A stretch of 64,000 bases of DNA, taken from positions 1 to 64,000 of the IMG/VR virus record IMGVR_UViG_3300032282_005862. The stretch is one strand, 5' to 3'. Each line of letters begins with the position of its first letter. The stretch's first letter is position 1. Shown in pieces: positions 40,069 to 50,606 of the stretch. This DNA is from a virus. The notes beneath the pieces were generated by a model. The model was not told the DNA's origin and searched no databases. It saw only the letters and a program-made list of their open reading frames with translations. Both the position numbers and the translations under genes were made by a program.

Positions 40069-41655
40069 ATGGGAGATGTAAATAAATATATAGAAGGAAC
40101 TTTAGAAGCTTATAAAAATGCTACAATTTTATCACAGACATCTCAAAACTGTGAGTGTACATATACCCCAGTAAATATTGCTGGAGAAAAATCATTTCAA
40201 ATTGCAACTTTTACGCTTGATATTGAATATAGTTATAATTTTGGTGGTAGTATGACAGAAAATGCCATACAATGGCAATGGAAAGTTCTCGGCGAGCCTA
40301 AATTAATAAAAAAAGAACATTTAGAACCAACACTTAAAGAATGGTACGACCAACATAAAGATGGATGTGCTAAATCAATGGAAAGTTCATTTAATGATGA
40401 ACTCGAAAAACATTTAATGAATTTATATAAAGATCAAGAAAAAGTAATAAAAACTAAAATTAAACAATATTTTGACTTTTCAAAAAGAATGTTATATAGA
40501 GATCAATACGGAGTAGATGAATTATCTAGAATTATATCTGGGTATAACAGCCTGAGCGGAGGCGGCTTTAATGCTAAAAAAATTACAATTCAAGGAAAAG
40601 TTCAAATAAGACCAAAAATGATTATGTGCTCAAACAAAGCAGATTTTGCTAGCATGACTTATACTTCTGGTAGCAATGGAGCAACAATTAAAAAATGCGC
40701 AAGCGCAACACTTCTTCTTGGAGCAGATGCAATTAATTTTGAATTTACATTAGATAATGTAGCAAATGGAGCAGACATAACTTCTTGGCTTCCTAATGGA
40801 GCTCAGGATTTTGGTAAAGCTTTGGATACTATGGTAAATAATATGGCTACTTTTGAAGCTGATATGGCTAATAGATATATAAAACAAAAAGGATTAATGG
40901 CATATTATCAGTATACTATTGGAAATGCTGAAAGATACCAACGATGGGCAGCTGAAATGGCAGCTAATCAAGCTACAATTACAACTAAGCAAGATAATGG
41001 ATGGTTTAAATATGGATTAACATCATCAGGGCAAGGAATGTTTAATCTTCAAATTATTATTCCATTTAATGAAGGTGGATTATATTGGAATTCAACAGTA
41101 GTTGTTGTAGCATTTAATCCTGGTGTACTTGCAAAATATTATACAGCAATGAAAGAATATCGAGCAAAAGTAAGACAAGCTCAAGAATCTCGAAGAAATG
41201 CATATAATTCATGGGTACAAGCTCAAGCATCAATTCCTCCAGCTACTAGCACAACTCCAGTAAATCTTAATCCCCTCACACCAATTAATACAGTTTTTCC
41301 AGTATCACCAGAAATTTTACATGGACCAGGAAATGGAGGAGGTGGAGGCAGAGATGTTCCTTTAGAATTAGCTCCAGATTTAAATTCATTTGATATATGG
41401 ATTCCTCCATTTATTCCAAATCAATTCAGTAGTAATGGCGGAGGCGGAGATGGAGCTGGAATTGGAGGAGCTGGAGCTGGTGCTGGAGGTGGAGGAGGTG
41501 CAGGAGCTGCTGGTGGAGGCGGTGGAGCAGGTGGAGCTGGAGCAGGTGCAGGCGGATATTCTGGAGGCGGACATGGTGCAGGTAGTGCAGGGGGTGATGG
41601 GGGTGGTGGAGGACCATTTGCTGGATCAGCTACAGATGGTTTTATTCCTGTATAA
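40069..41655 (+). CDS. large protein with Pro/Thr linker and Gly/Ala-rich C-terminus, possibly virion-associated
   Basis: C-terminal GGGGG/GAG low-complexity tract; N-terminus KYIEGTLEA...NCECTYTPV weakly resembles the Cys-rich family. Confidence 0.7.
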   Translation: MGDVNKYIEGTLEAYKNATILSQTSQNCECTYTPVNIAGEKSFQIATFTLDIEYSYNFGGSMTENAIQWQWKVLGEPKLIKKEHLEPTLKEWYDQHKDGCAKSMESSFNDELEKHLMNLYKDQEKVIKTKIKQYFDFSKRMLYRDQYGVDELSRIISGYNSLSGGGFNAKKITIQGKVQIRPKMIMCSNKADFASMTYTSGSNGATIKKCASATLLLGADAINFEFTLDNVANGADITSWLPNGAQDFGKALDTMVNNMATFEADMANRYIKQKGLMAYYQYTIGNAERYQRWAAEMAANQATITTKQDNGWFKYGLTSSGQGMFNLQIIIPFNEGGLYWNSTVVVVAFNPGVLAKYYTAMKEYRAKVRQAQESRRNAYNSWVQAQASIPPATSTTPVNLNPLTPINTVFPVSPEILHGPGNGGGGGRDVPLELAPDLNSFDIWIPPFIPNQFSSNGGGGDGAGIGGAGAGAGGGGGAGAAGGGGGAGGAGAGAGGYSGGGHGAGSAGGDGGGGGPFAGSATDGFIPV

Positions 41656-41708
41656 TTTCAAAATTAAAAAATAATAGATAAAAATTAAAAATTTCACTAA
41701 AATAATTA

Positions 41709-42677
41709 GTGAATATACTTTGGCCAGAGATGCATATATATTTGACGCAAAATATGGCGTCAGCATTTAAAAAAATGGGCCATAGATTAATTATTCCATC
41801 AGATCAATACAAACCAACTCACCATGTTCAATGGCAAAATAAAGAAAATATATGGGCTTGGAATACTTACTGGAATCAAGAAAAAGCAAAAAAAGAAATT
41901 GGTGATAATGTTTTAGTTTTATCAAAACAAGAAATATTAGATTTAAAACCTGAAATCATATTTTTAACTTGCGTTGAATCACAGCCAGAAATTTTAAATG
42001 AATTATATCCACATTTAAAAAATACAAGTAAATTTGTAGCGTATAGTGGAAATGATTATTGGGATGGAGCTTATGATTTTTATACTATTAAAAATTATCT
42101 TTGCGCAGATTTTACTGGATATCTTTTGTCTTTAAAATATGGATTAAATTATTTATATTATAAACCAGAAGTAAATTATGATTTTTTTAAATACCAAGGA
42201 ATAAGTAATGGCAATATTTTTGGATCATATATAAATAATTATAAAATAGGATTTCCTCAAGATTATGAATTTTGTTTTAATTTTATGAATAGTATAAAAG
42301 AAATAAAATTTCAACCATGTGATAAATGTACAAGGCCAGAAATGCTTGAAAATTTAAAAAATAGTATTGGTACAATACATGTAAAACATCTTGAAGGATA
42401 TGGATATTCTGTTATAGAAAGTCTTGCTGCTGGTAGGCCTGTATTTTTAAGTAGAGCTTATTCGCAAAATAAAAGTCTAAAACAATGGTGTTTAGAAAAT
42501 GAAACAGCATTATTTTTTGATACTGAAATGGATCTAAAAATGAAGATATTATATTATATGGAAAGCCAAGAACTTAGACATTACATGCAACAACAATCAG
42601 CAAAAATAGTCAGAGAAATTATAAATAATGAAAAAGAATTTGAAAAATTAAAAAACTTTATAAATAATTTAGTATGA
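41709..42677 (+). CDS. GT-B glycosyltransferase (GT4-like)
   Basis: EGYGYSVIESLAAGRPV. Confidence 0.75.
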   Translation: MNILWPEMHIYLTQNMASAFKKMGHRLIIPSDQYKPTHHVQWQNKENIWAWNTYWNQEKAKKEIGDNVLVLSKQEILDLKPEIIFLTCVESQPEILNELYPHLKNTSKFVAYSGNDYWDGAYDFYTIKNYLCADFTGYLLSLKYGLNYLYYKPEVNYDFFKYQGISNGNIFGSYINNYKIGFPQDYEFCFNFMNSIKEIKFQPCDKCTRPEMLENLKNSIGTIHVKHLEGYGYSVIESLAAGRPVFLSRAYSQNKSLKQWCLENETALFFDTEMDLKMKILYYMESQELRHYMQQQSAKIVREIINNEKEFEKLKNFINNLV

Positions 42678-43453
42678 GAATTCCAAATCAATATATAATA
42701 TTCGCAAATCAATTAGGAATAGATATAGCAGATATAGTTAGACTTGATAAATTTAAGTATATAAGAGAAGATTTTCCATTAAAATGCTTAGAAATATATA
42801 AATCACCATTTTCAAAAATTAGACTTGGCAAAGATAACGATGGTGGTTATATTATTGCTGATTTAAATAAATATGATAGTTTTTTAAGTTGTGGAGTAAA
42901 AGATGATATTTCTTTTGAAGAAGCTTTCATTAACAAATATAATTTAAATTGCACAGCCTTTGACCATTCCATTCAACAATTACCAAGCAATAATTCTAAG
43001 ATAAAATTCATTAAAAAACAAATATCTGATATTAATTCCGAAAATGAAGATAATTTACATAATTATATAAATGATTTTAATAATATTTTCTTGAAAATGG
43101 ATATAGAAGGAGATGAGTATCTTTGGATTAATACAATTAATAAAAATCAACTATTAAAATTCAAGCAAATAGCAATAGAATTTCATGAACCTTATGAAAA
43201 AATAAAATGGCGTATGATAGAAAAAATTAATGAAACTCATTACGCCATTCATTTTCATCATAATAATTGTAGCTCAACATGTAAATTTAATAATTTGACA
43301 ATGCCAGAAAACTTTGAATTAACATTTGTTAGAAAAAATGAATTTGATAATTTACCGCAATTAAATGAAGAAAAATTTCCAACACAACTTGATCAAGCTA
43401 ATGACGTATCTAGACCAATTTATTTTTTCAATAAATATCCTTTTGTAAAATGA
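42674..43453 (+). CDS. FkbM/Methyltransf_22-like SAM methyltransferase
   Basis: RLGKDNDGGY, SCGV.DDISFE, LKMDIEGDE, QIAIEFH. Confidence 0.8.
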   Translation: MRIPNQYIIFANQLGIDIADIVRLDKFKYIREDFPLKCLEIYKSPFSKIRLGKDNDGGYIIADLNKYDSFLSCGVKDDISFEEAFINKYNLNCTAFDHSIQQLPSNNSKIKFIKKQISDINSENEDNLHNYINDFNNIFLKMDIEGDEYLWINTINKNQLLKFKQIAIEFHEPYEKIKWRMIEKINETHYAIHFHHNNCSSTCKFNNLTMPENFELTFVRKNEFDNLPQLNEEKFPTQLDQANDVSRPIYFFNKYPFVK

Positions 43454-44169
43454 AATTATTAATAAATTTGCCTACGCGTGGAAGACCAGAAAGAGCACTT
43501 AAGCTTTTAGATTTGTATATAGAGAATTCTACACATAATGATATTTATTTTATTATAAGTTGTGACGAAGATGATCAACAAATGAACAATCTTCAGACTA
43601 TTGATGAGTTTCAAAAAAGAAAAAATGTAAAGGTTATATTTAATGAAAATAAAATCTTAGTAAATAATAATGGTAATATTGAAAAAAGTAATTTTACAAC
43701 AAAAATAGCAGCAATTAATTCTGGAGTAAAAGATCAAAATTTTGATATATGTCTTTTAGCTAGTGATGATATGTTTCCAGAAATTAAAGGATATGATTCT
43801 ATAATTGTTGAGCATATGCAAAAATATTTTCCAGATACAGATGGAGTTCTTTGGTATAATGATGGATATCAAGCTGACAAATTAAATACTCTATGTATTT
43901 TTGGCAAAAAATATTACGATAGATTCAATTATATATACAATCCATCATATCTTTCTTTATATTGCGACAATGAATTTACAGAAGTATCAAAAATTTTAAA
44001 GAAAGTAATATATATAGATCAAATTATTATTAGACATAATCATTGGTCAATTAATAATAATGAAAAATGTTTTAAAAAAGATAAAATAGATGAAAAAAAT
44101 GATATTTTTGCTGGATACGATCAAATGATATTTGAACAAAGAAAATTTAATAGATTTTATTTAAAATGA
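43450..44169 (+). CDS. GT-A glycosyltransferase (GT2-like)
   Basis: PTRGRP, LASDDM, YCDNEF, IRHNHW. Confidence 0.75.
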   Translation: MKLLINLPTRGRPERALKLLDLYIENSTHNDIYFIISCDEDDQQMNNLQTIDEFQKRKNVKVIFNENKILVNNNGNIEKSNFTTKIAAINSGVKDQNFDICLLASDDMFPEIKGYDSIIVEHMQKYFPDTDGVLWYNDGYQADKLNTLCIFGKKYYDRFNYIYNPSYLSLYCDNEFTEVSKILKKVIYIDQIIIRHNHWSINNNEKCFKKDKIDEKNDIFAGYDQMIFEQRKFNRFYLK

Positions 44170-45005
44170 TAGTTCAAATAACAATGACAAAAAACGAATG
44201 CTTTCTGTTAAAAGAAATGCTTGAAGTATGGAAGAATTATGCAGATGCATTTATATTTTTTGATGATGGATCTACAGATGAAACTTACGATTTTTTAATG
44301 CACAACAAGGAAAAATATAATATTTTAAAAGTTTTAAGAAATGAACAAAAAAACGAAGAACTTTGGATAGAGACAAATAATAGACAATTACTTTATGATG
44401 AAGCATTAAAATATTCTAATAAAATAATTTGTATGGATTCAGATGAATATCTTGATGGAAACATGACAAAAGAACAATTAGAAGATCTTTTAGATAAAAA
44501 TCCAGATACCACATTCAATTTAGATTGGATTCAATACACATCTCAAAATGAAATACGAGTAGATGGACCATGGAAGGTAAACACAAAAGATAGAATTGGA
44601 TCATATTCAACAAGAGCATTTTTTCAATTTGCACAAATGCACTCGACTCATCTACCATATACAGCTAAAAATATTTACATAAAAACTCCAGATCTATTTA
44701 TCGCTCATCTTCAATGGCTAGATAAACAAACGGTAGCTATAAAACAATACTTTTGGAAGGTTACAGACTATTTAAATAGATTAAAATTTAATATACCAAC
44801 GTTACCACCTCAAGCTTATGATGAATCAGTAGCTAATTTTAATTGGGAATATAAAAAGTTCCATTTTCCATTAAAAATAGATTCTGCTATATATAGCAAA
44901 CAATCTATAGAAGATAATTATAAACTAAAATTTATAAAAGAAAATACAATAAAATATAATATACCAAATTTAAATGATTGGGGTTTAAATTTGATTAATT
45001 TATAA
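44166..45005 (+). CDS. GT-A glycosyltransferase (GT2-like)
   Basis: KNE, DDGSTDET, MDSDE (DxD). Confidence 0.8.
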   Translation: MIVQITMTKNECFLLKEMLEVWKNYADAFIFFDDGSTDETYDFLMHNKEKYNILKVLRNEQKNEELWIETNNRQLLYDEALKYSNKIICMDSDEYLDGNMTKEQLEDLLDKNPDTTFNLDWIQYTSQNEIRVDGPWKVNTKDRIGSYSTRAFFQFAQMHSTHLPYTAKNIYIKTPDLFIAHLQWLDKQTVAIKQYFWKVTDYLNRLKFNIPTLPPQAYDESVANFNWEYKKFHFPLKIDSAIYSKQSIEDNYKLKFIKENTIKYNIPNLNDWGLNLINL

Positions 45006-45026
45006 TTTATAATATAATATATAAAT

Positions 45027-46643
45027 ATGAGCATACCAATGTATTACTGCACAGCTATAGATGACAGACATTTACCATTATTATTGAACTTAATTGGAAG
45101 TATTCATAAATTTCATTTTGATCAATTAGAAGAAATTATGGTATACGACTTAGGATTGAGTAAAGAATCTAAAGAAAAATTAGAAAATATTCAAAAATTA
45201 AAGATCTATGAAATAGAAAAACTTAATCCACAAATTCTTGAAGATCTTCAAACTGATGAACATAGATATGTAAAGGGGTTATTCTCTTGGAAACCCGTAG
45301 TTATTAAAGATGCATTAGATAAAGTTCCATATGTCTTATACTTGGACTCTGGAACCACCTTATTAAAACCAATAGATATTTTATTTAAACATATTATCCA
45401 AAATGGATATCTATTATTTGATTGTGGGCATTCAATAAAATGGATGACAACTAAATATATTATAGATAAATTTAATCTTGAATCAGATGAAAATAAATGG
45501 ATTTTAAATGATAATACATTTGGAATAGACGCAGGGTTTCAAGGTATGTCTAGAAGTGTGTACGATAATTATATTATGCCTATGTATGAACTTTGCAAAG
45601 ACATTAAAAACTTTGTAGATGATAAAACTTGCCCCAATGGATGGGGATGCGGAAGACACGATCAAACTCTTTATAGTATTTTAGCGAGAAAATTAAATTT
45701 ACATATAGAAAATCACGACGTAGAAGGATGTAGCCTTAATGTAGATGCTCAAAAAGTCCCATTTGATATAACCCATACTCCACATAAAGTTACAGATAAA
45801 ACTTACATTTTTAGATCAAGATGGACACTACCAAGTCAATTTACAGATCATAACATATCGATGATTAGAATCAAACAAGAGCCAAATAATATTTTATTAG
45901 AAAAAGCTAAAAATGATTTTCAGAAATTTAGTAAAGAATGGGTTAATTCAAAAGATTATAATGCAAAAATATACTCTTATTTCAAAGATCAAATAAATTT
46001 TTATCCATTTTTAAATGACCACAATGAAATTGTAACAAAATATAATTTAGGTTATGGTGAAAAAGCTTTTAGATATCTTTGGTTTTTAGTATTATCTCAA
46101 ATACCAAAAAATGGAAAATTCCTAGAAATAGGAGTGTTTAAAGGATCAATACTTGCTCTGTCTCAAGTCGTCTCTAAACAATTCAATTTAAATATAACTT
46201 CATTTGGAATTACCCCACTTAATAATACTGGAGATAAATACTCAAATTACATAAATGAGGACTATGAAAAAAGTATTTTATTTTTATATCAACAACTAGG
46301 GTTAGATTTATTTAATACAAAAATAATGCATGGACTATCAACAGACGAGAGCGTAAAACATCTTGCAAAAGAACATGGACTATATGATATAGTTTATATT
46401 GATGGCGGACATGATTATGAAACAGTTGTAAATGATATAGAATTAACTAATAAAATCTTGAAAAAAGATGGATTATTAATAATGGATGACGCATCTTCAT
46501 TTTTAGAATTTAACCATAATCACGAAGGATTTACTGGGCATAAAGATGTTGCTCAAGCAATAAAAGATAAGATTGATGTAGGCGATACCTACATTCACCT
46601 TTTTGCTTGTGGACATAATAGAGTATGGAGGAAAATAAAATAA
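45027..46643 (+). CDS. fused GT-A glycosyltransferase-like + class I SAM methyltransferase (Methyltransf_24)
   Basis: N-terminal YDLGL, SWKP, LYLDSG, RHDQT; C-terminal LEIGVFKG, YIDGGHDYE, MDD. Confidence 0.75.
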   Translation: MSIPMYYCTAIDDRHLPLLLNLIGSIHKFHFDQLEEIMVYDLGLSKESKEKLENIQKLKIYEIEKLNPQILEDLQTDEHRYVKGLFSWKPVVIKDALDKVPYVLYLDSGTTLLKPIDILFKHIIQNGYLLFDCGHSIKWMTTKYIIDKFNLESDENKWILNDNTFGIDAGFQGMSRSVYDNYIMPMYELCKDIKNFVDDKTCPNGWGCGRHDQTLYSILARKLNLHIENHDVEGCSLNVDAQKVPFDITHTPHKVTDKTYIFRSRWTLPSQFTDHNISMIRIKQEPNNILLEKAKNDFQKFSKEWVNSKDYNAKIYSYFKDQINFYPFLNDHNEIVTKYNLGYGEKAFRYLWFLVLSQIPKNGKFLEIGVFKGSILALSQVVSKQFNLNITSFGITPLNNTGDKYSNYINEDYEKSILFLYQQLGLDLFNTKIMHGLSTDESVKHLAKEHGLYDIVYIDGGHDYETVVNDIELTNKILKKDGLLIMDDASSFLEFNHNHEGFTGHKDVAQAIKDKIDVGDTYIHLFACGHNRVWRKIK

Positions 46644-46875
46644 TATGACTAATCAAGAATTATTAGAAGCAAGAAAACTTTATATTTCAGAGGTTGATAC
46701 TCCAAATTCTTGGATTGGGACAGGTTTTAGCGCTATATGCGAATTAGGCATTGCAAAAGGTTATTATCCAATAATACATTTTGGAAATGTTTTTTTTAGG
46801 TGAAATTAATTTCTTAAAAGAAAAAAATACGATCTAAATCCAGATATTCCAAGCATGTACAATTGGTAAGAATAA

Positions 46876-47655
46876 ATGAATAAAAAGTTAGCACTCTGTT
46901 TGAGTGGAGAATTTAGATTTTTTGATCATCCACTTATATTAGAAGGTTTTAAAAAATTTCTATTTATATATAATCCAGATATTTTTATATCAACATGGGA
47001 CCACATAGGGGCATCTATGAATCATGGATATATTGAGCCAAATAGCAAGAAAAATACAGATACAGATATGACTCAAAAGATCAAAGAAGCGTATCCATCT
47101 ATAAAATATTTAAAAATAGAAAACTATAATGCATGGTTCGAAGGATTAGATAAAGTATTAAAAGACACTATATATTTTGGGAATTTTGATCCACGAACAG
47201 TAAATTCATATACGCAGTTGTATAAGATATATGATTCTATTAGTTTAAAATCAAAATACGAAAAGGAAAATAACTTTAGATATGATATTGTTATTCGGGC
47301 CAGAGCAGACAATCTTTTCGTAAATCATTTTGATTTATCTATTTTACCAAAATCAATTTATAATATAAATTTTGGTGGAGCTTTCTATTCCAATAGAATT
47401 TATGATATATTATTCTATGGAGATAGTTGTTCTATGGACAAGATATCAGAAGCTTTTGTAAATTTTAAAAATTTAATTGCAAATGAGTTTAATAATGGTT
47501 TATGCAGAAGAGATGCTTGTAGAATACTTTATTTACAATCAATTTTATCAAATTTACAAGTTTTATCTACAAATTCCAGATTATGCGATATATATCGAGG
47601 AACCTCATTTGAAGAATATTACAATAATATTAAACTTTGTGGTGAATTTAAATGA
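46876..47655 (+). CDS. putative glycosyltransferase-like protein
   Basis: LALCLSGEFR, DIFISTW, YDIVIRARAD; located in the glycan cluster. Confidence 0.6.
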   Translation: MNKKLALCLSGEFRFFDHPLILEGFKKFLFIYNPDIFISTWDHIGASMNHGYIEPNSKKNTDTDMTQKIKEAYPSIKYLKIENYNAWFEGLDKVLKDTIYFGNFDPRTVNSYTQLYKIYDSISLKSKYEKENNFRYDIVIRARADNLFVNHFDLSILPKSIYNINFGGAFYSNRIYDILFYGDSCSMDKISEAFVNFKNLIANEFNNGLCRRDACRILYLQSILSNLQVLSTNSRLCDIYRGTSFEEYYNNIKLCGEFK

Positions 47656-47712
47656 ATTAAATTAAAAGAAAATAGTTGACAGATATAAAATATACTTATA
47701 TAATTTGATATA

Positions 47713-49032
47713 ATGGATAAAGAATTATCTGATATTTTAACTAAAATTAGTATCTTTTTAGATAAAAGAAGTAATAAAAAATGGACACCAAAAGAACACT
47801 GGGTTCAATATGCTGGACCATATTTTAATAATGAAGAATATTTATCAGCAATAGAGACTCTTCTTGGAGGATGGCTTGTACTTGGCGAGAAAGGGATATC
47901 CTTCGAGAATCAATTCCCTAAAATTCTAAATAAAGAATATGGGATATTAACTAATAGTGGAAGCAGTTCTAATTTAATTATGATGTCAGCAATGACATCT
48001 AAAAGACTTTATAATTTTCCTAAAGGTACAAAAGTAATAACTCCAATAGCTGGATTTCCAACTACAATTAATCCAATTTTTCAAGTTGGATTTATTCCAG
48101 CTTTTGTTGATATTGATTTAGATACTCTTAATCTTAATTTAGACCAAGTTGAGGAGCAAGCAAAAAATGGTGCTAAAATTATTACATTTGCACATGTTTT
48201 AGGAAACCCGCCAAACATGAGAGCTTTAATGGAAATTGTTAAAAAATATAATTTAATACTATTGGAAGATTGTTGTGATGCTCTTGGATCAACATTTGAC
48301 AATAAACCCCTTGGCAGCTTTGGAGAATTTGCAAGTTGTTCTTTTTATCCTGCCCACCATATAACAATGGGAGAAGGAGGATTTGTGGCATGTAATACTT
48401 ATCAACAAGAAATTGTAGCGAGAAGTTTTAGGGAATGGGGAAGAGGATGTTATTGCGTTGGAAAAAAAGCTAATCTTTTAAAAAACGGAACTTGCAAAAA
48501 TAGATTCGCAAATTGGTTGCCTTCTTTGCCAGATGAAATTTTTGACCATAAATACGTTTATGATGAAATTGGTTATAATTTAAAGCCAATAGAATTACAA
48601 GCTGCGATGGGCTTAGTTCAAATGAAAAAGCTTCCAGAGATAAATACTCTTAGAAAACTTAATCATTCTAGATTGACTCAAATCTTTTATAAGTTTGAAG
48701 AATATTTTATATTACCTAAAACTACCGATTGGGCAGATCCAAGTTGGTTTGCTTTCGCTCTAACAATCAAAGATAATGCTCCATTTAAAAGAAAAGATAT
48801 TGTTCATTTTCTTGAAGATAAAAAAATTCAAACTCGCCCATATTTTGCTGGAAATATTATGTTGCAACCAGCTTACTCTGGAATGATACCACAAGAAGAT
48901 ATTATAAAAAATTATCCAATTGCAAGAAAAGTAACAACTGATACATTCTTTTTAGGAACAAGTCCAGTTATAACAAATCAACAATTAGATTACGTTGAAG
49001 AAGTGGTAAACGAATTTTTTAAAACTATATGA
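47713..49032 (+). CDS. rfbH: CDP-4-keto-6-deoxy-D-glucose 3-dehydrase E1 (DdhC/RfbH), PMP/[2Fe-2S]-dependent
   Basis: NSGSSSNL, HVLGNP, EDCCDALG, SFYPAHHITMGEGG (His replaces the aminotransferase Lys), WGRGCYC, DHKYVY..IGYNLK. Confidence 0.9.
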   Translation: MDKELSDILTKISIFLDKRSNKKWTPKEHWVQYAGPYFNNEEYLSAIETLLGGWLVLGEKGISFENQFPKILNKEYGILTNSGSSSNLIMMSAMTSKRLYNFPKGTKVITPIAGFPTTINPIFQVGFIPAFVDIDLDTLNLNLDQVEEQAKNGAKIITFAHVLGNPPNMRALMEIVKKYNLILLEDCCDALGSTFDNKPLGSFGEFASCSFYPAHHITMGEGGFVACNTYQQEIVARSFREWGRGCYCVGKKANLLKNGTCKNRFANWLPSLPDEIFDHKYVYDEIGYNLKPIELQAAMGLVQMKKLPEINTLRKLNHSRLTQIFYKFEEYFILPKTTDWADPSWFAFALTIKDNAPFKRKDIVHFLEDKKIQTRPYFAGNIMLQPAYSGMIPQEDIIKNYPIARKVTTDTFFLGTSPVITNQQLDYVEEVVNEFFKTI

Positions 49033-49982
49033 AAATTGTATATGTAACAGGTTGTTTAGGTTTTATTGGCTCTTACATCACAAGGCTATGCCTTCAAAAA
49101 GGATGGTATGTAAAAGGCGTAGACAAGATTACTTACGCAGCAAATAAAGATTTGCTAGATGAGTTTAATAAAAATCTAAACTTCTCATTCGTACATTGTG
49201 ATATAAATGACCTTAAATTTTTATATGATTGCGATTATATTATCAATACTGCAGCAGAAACTCATGTTGGAAATTCAATAAGCAATAGTGATGATTTTAT
49301 ACATTCAAATATTGATGGCGTACATAATTTGTTAGAATTAATTAGAAATTACCGACAAGAACATACAAGAGTTCCTACTCTAATCCATTTTAGTACAGAT
49401 GAAGTTTATGGAGATGTTGATCAAGGAGCACATACAGAAAAAGATTTGCTTAAGCCATCTAATCCGTATTCGGCAACAAAAGCAGCAGCAGATATGTTAA
49501 TTTTAGCATGGGCTAGAACTTACAAAACAAATTATATCATTGTAAGACCTACAAATAATTATGGGATTGGTCAATATGTAGAAAAACTTATCCCAAAGAC
49601 ATGTAAATATTTAAATTTAGGTAGAAAAATACCTCTGCATAACTCTGGAGCACCAATTAGAAATTGGCTTCATGCAGAAGACACAGCTAATGCAATTATA
49701 AAAATCATTGAAAATGATGTCAGAAATGAAATATATAATATTGCAGGTGGATTTGAGCAATCAAATCTAGATACAGTAAGAAAAATATTAGAGGTATATT
49801 TAAATACAAAAGATTTTAATTTATTAGATTATGTAGATTTATCTTACTCCAGACAAGGACAAGATGTTCGATATGCGTTAGATGATACTAAATTAAGAAA
49901 TTTAAACTGGATGCCAAATAAAAATTTTAATCAAGAAATAAAAGGTATAGTTAATTACTATAATAATAAATTTATATGGTAA
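49029..49982 (+). CDS. rmlB: dTDP-glucose 4,6-dehydratase
   Basis: VTGCLGFIG, AAETHV, STDEVYG, PYSATKA, NNYG.GQ..EKLIPK, DVRYALD. Confidence 0.88.
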   Translation: MKIVYVTGCLGFIGSYITRLCLQKGWYVKGVDKITYAANKDLLDEFNKNLNFSFVHCDINDLKFLYDCDYIINTAAETHVGNSISNSDDFIHSNIDGVHNLLELIRNYRQEHTRVPTLIHFSTDEVYGDVDQGAHTEKDLLKPSNPYSATKAAADMLILAWARTYKTNYIIVRPTNNYGIGQYVEKLIPKTCKYLNLGRKIPLHNSGAPIRNWLHAEDTANAIIKIIENDVRNEIYNIAGGFEQSNLDTVRKILEVYLNTKDFNLLDYVDLSYSRQGQDVRYALDDTKLRNLNWMPNKNFNQEIKGIVNYYNNKFIW

Positions 49983-50602
49983 AAGAAGATTTAATAAATT
50001 TTGAAAAAGAAATAGCCGACTTATTTAATTCTGGTAAGATAAAATCTCCAGTTCATCTTTATTCTGGAAATGAAGATCTTATGATTGAAATTTTTAAAAA
50101 TATTGATATTGAGAATGATTGGGTATGCTCTGCATGGCGCAACCATTATCAAGGTTTATTAAAAGGAATACCCCAAGAAATATTAAAGCAAAATATTTTA
50201 CAAGGTAAGTCTATGGTGGCTAATTTACCAGAATATAAATTCATATGTAGTTCTATAGTTGGTGGAATTCCTTCAATTGCAGCGGGGATTGCTATGTCAA
50301 TTAAAGTTAAAAATAAAACTAATAAAGTTTGGTGTTGGGTTGGGGATATGTCTTCTGAAACTGGCGCTTTTCATGAAGCTTACAAATATAGTTTAAATCA
50401 TGATCTTCCAATTACATTTATAATTGAGGATAACAAAAAATCGGTATGCTCACCAACCCAAAAGATTTGGAACAGACAAAAGCCATATTATTTAGATAAA
50501 GATTATAGTGGAGGACTATTAATTCAAAAAAATTTAATATATTATCAATATGACAATCAAAAATATCCTCACGCTGGAGCAGGGAAAAGAGTACAATTTT
50601 AA
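49976..50602 (+). CDS. TPP-dependent enzyme, E1 alpha-like subunit
   Basis: SPVHL, WRNHY, SSIVGG, TPP motif GD...EDN. Confidence 0.85.
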   Translation: MVKEDLINFEKEIADLFNSGKIKSPVHLYSGNEDLMIEIFKNIDIENDWVCSAWRNHYQGLLKGIPQEILKQNILQGKSMVANLPEYKFICSSIVGGIPSIAAGIAMSIKVKNKTNKVWCWVGDMSSETGAFHEAYKYSLNHDLPITFIIEDNKKSVCSPTQKIWNRQKPYYLDKDYSGGLLIQKNLIYYQYDNQKYPHAGAGKRVQF

Positions 50603-50606
50603 TATT

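Noticed and set aside
41386-41674. Alternative-frame ORFs rich in Ser, His or Glu
   Set aside because: Shadows of the GGA/GGT/GCT codon tract of 40069..41655
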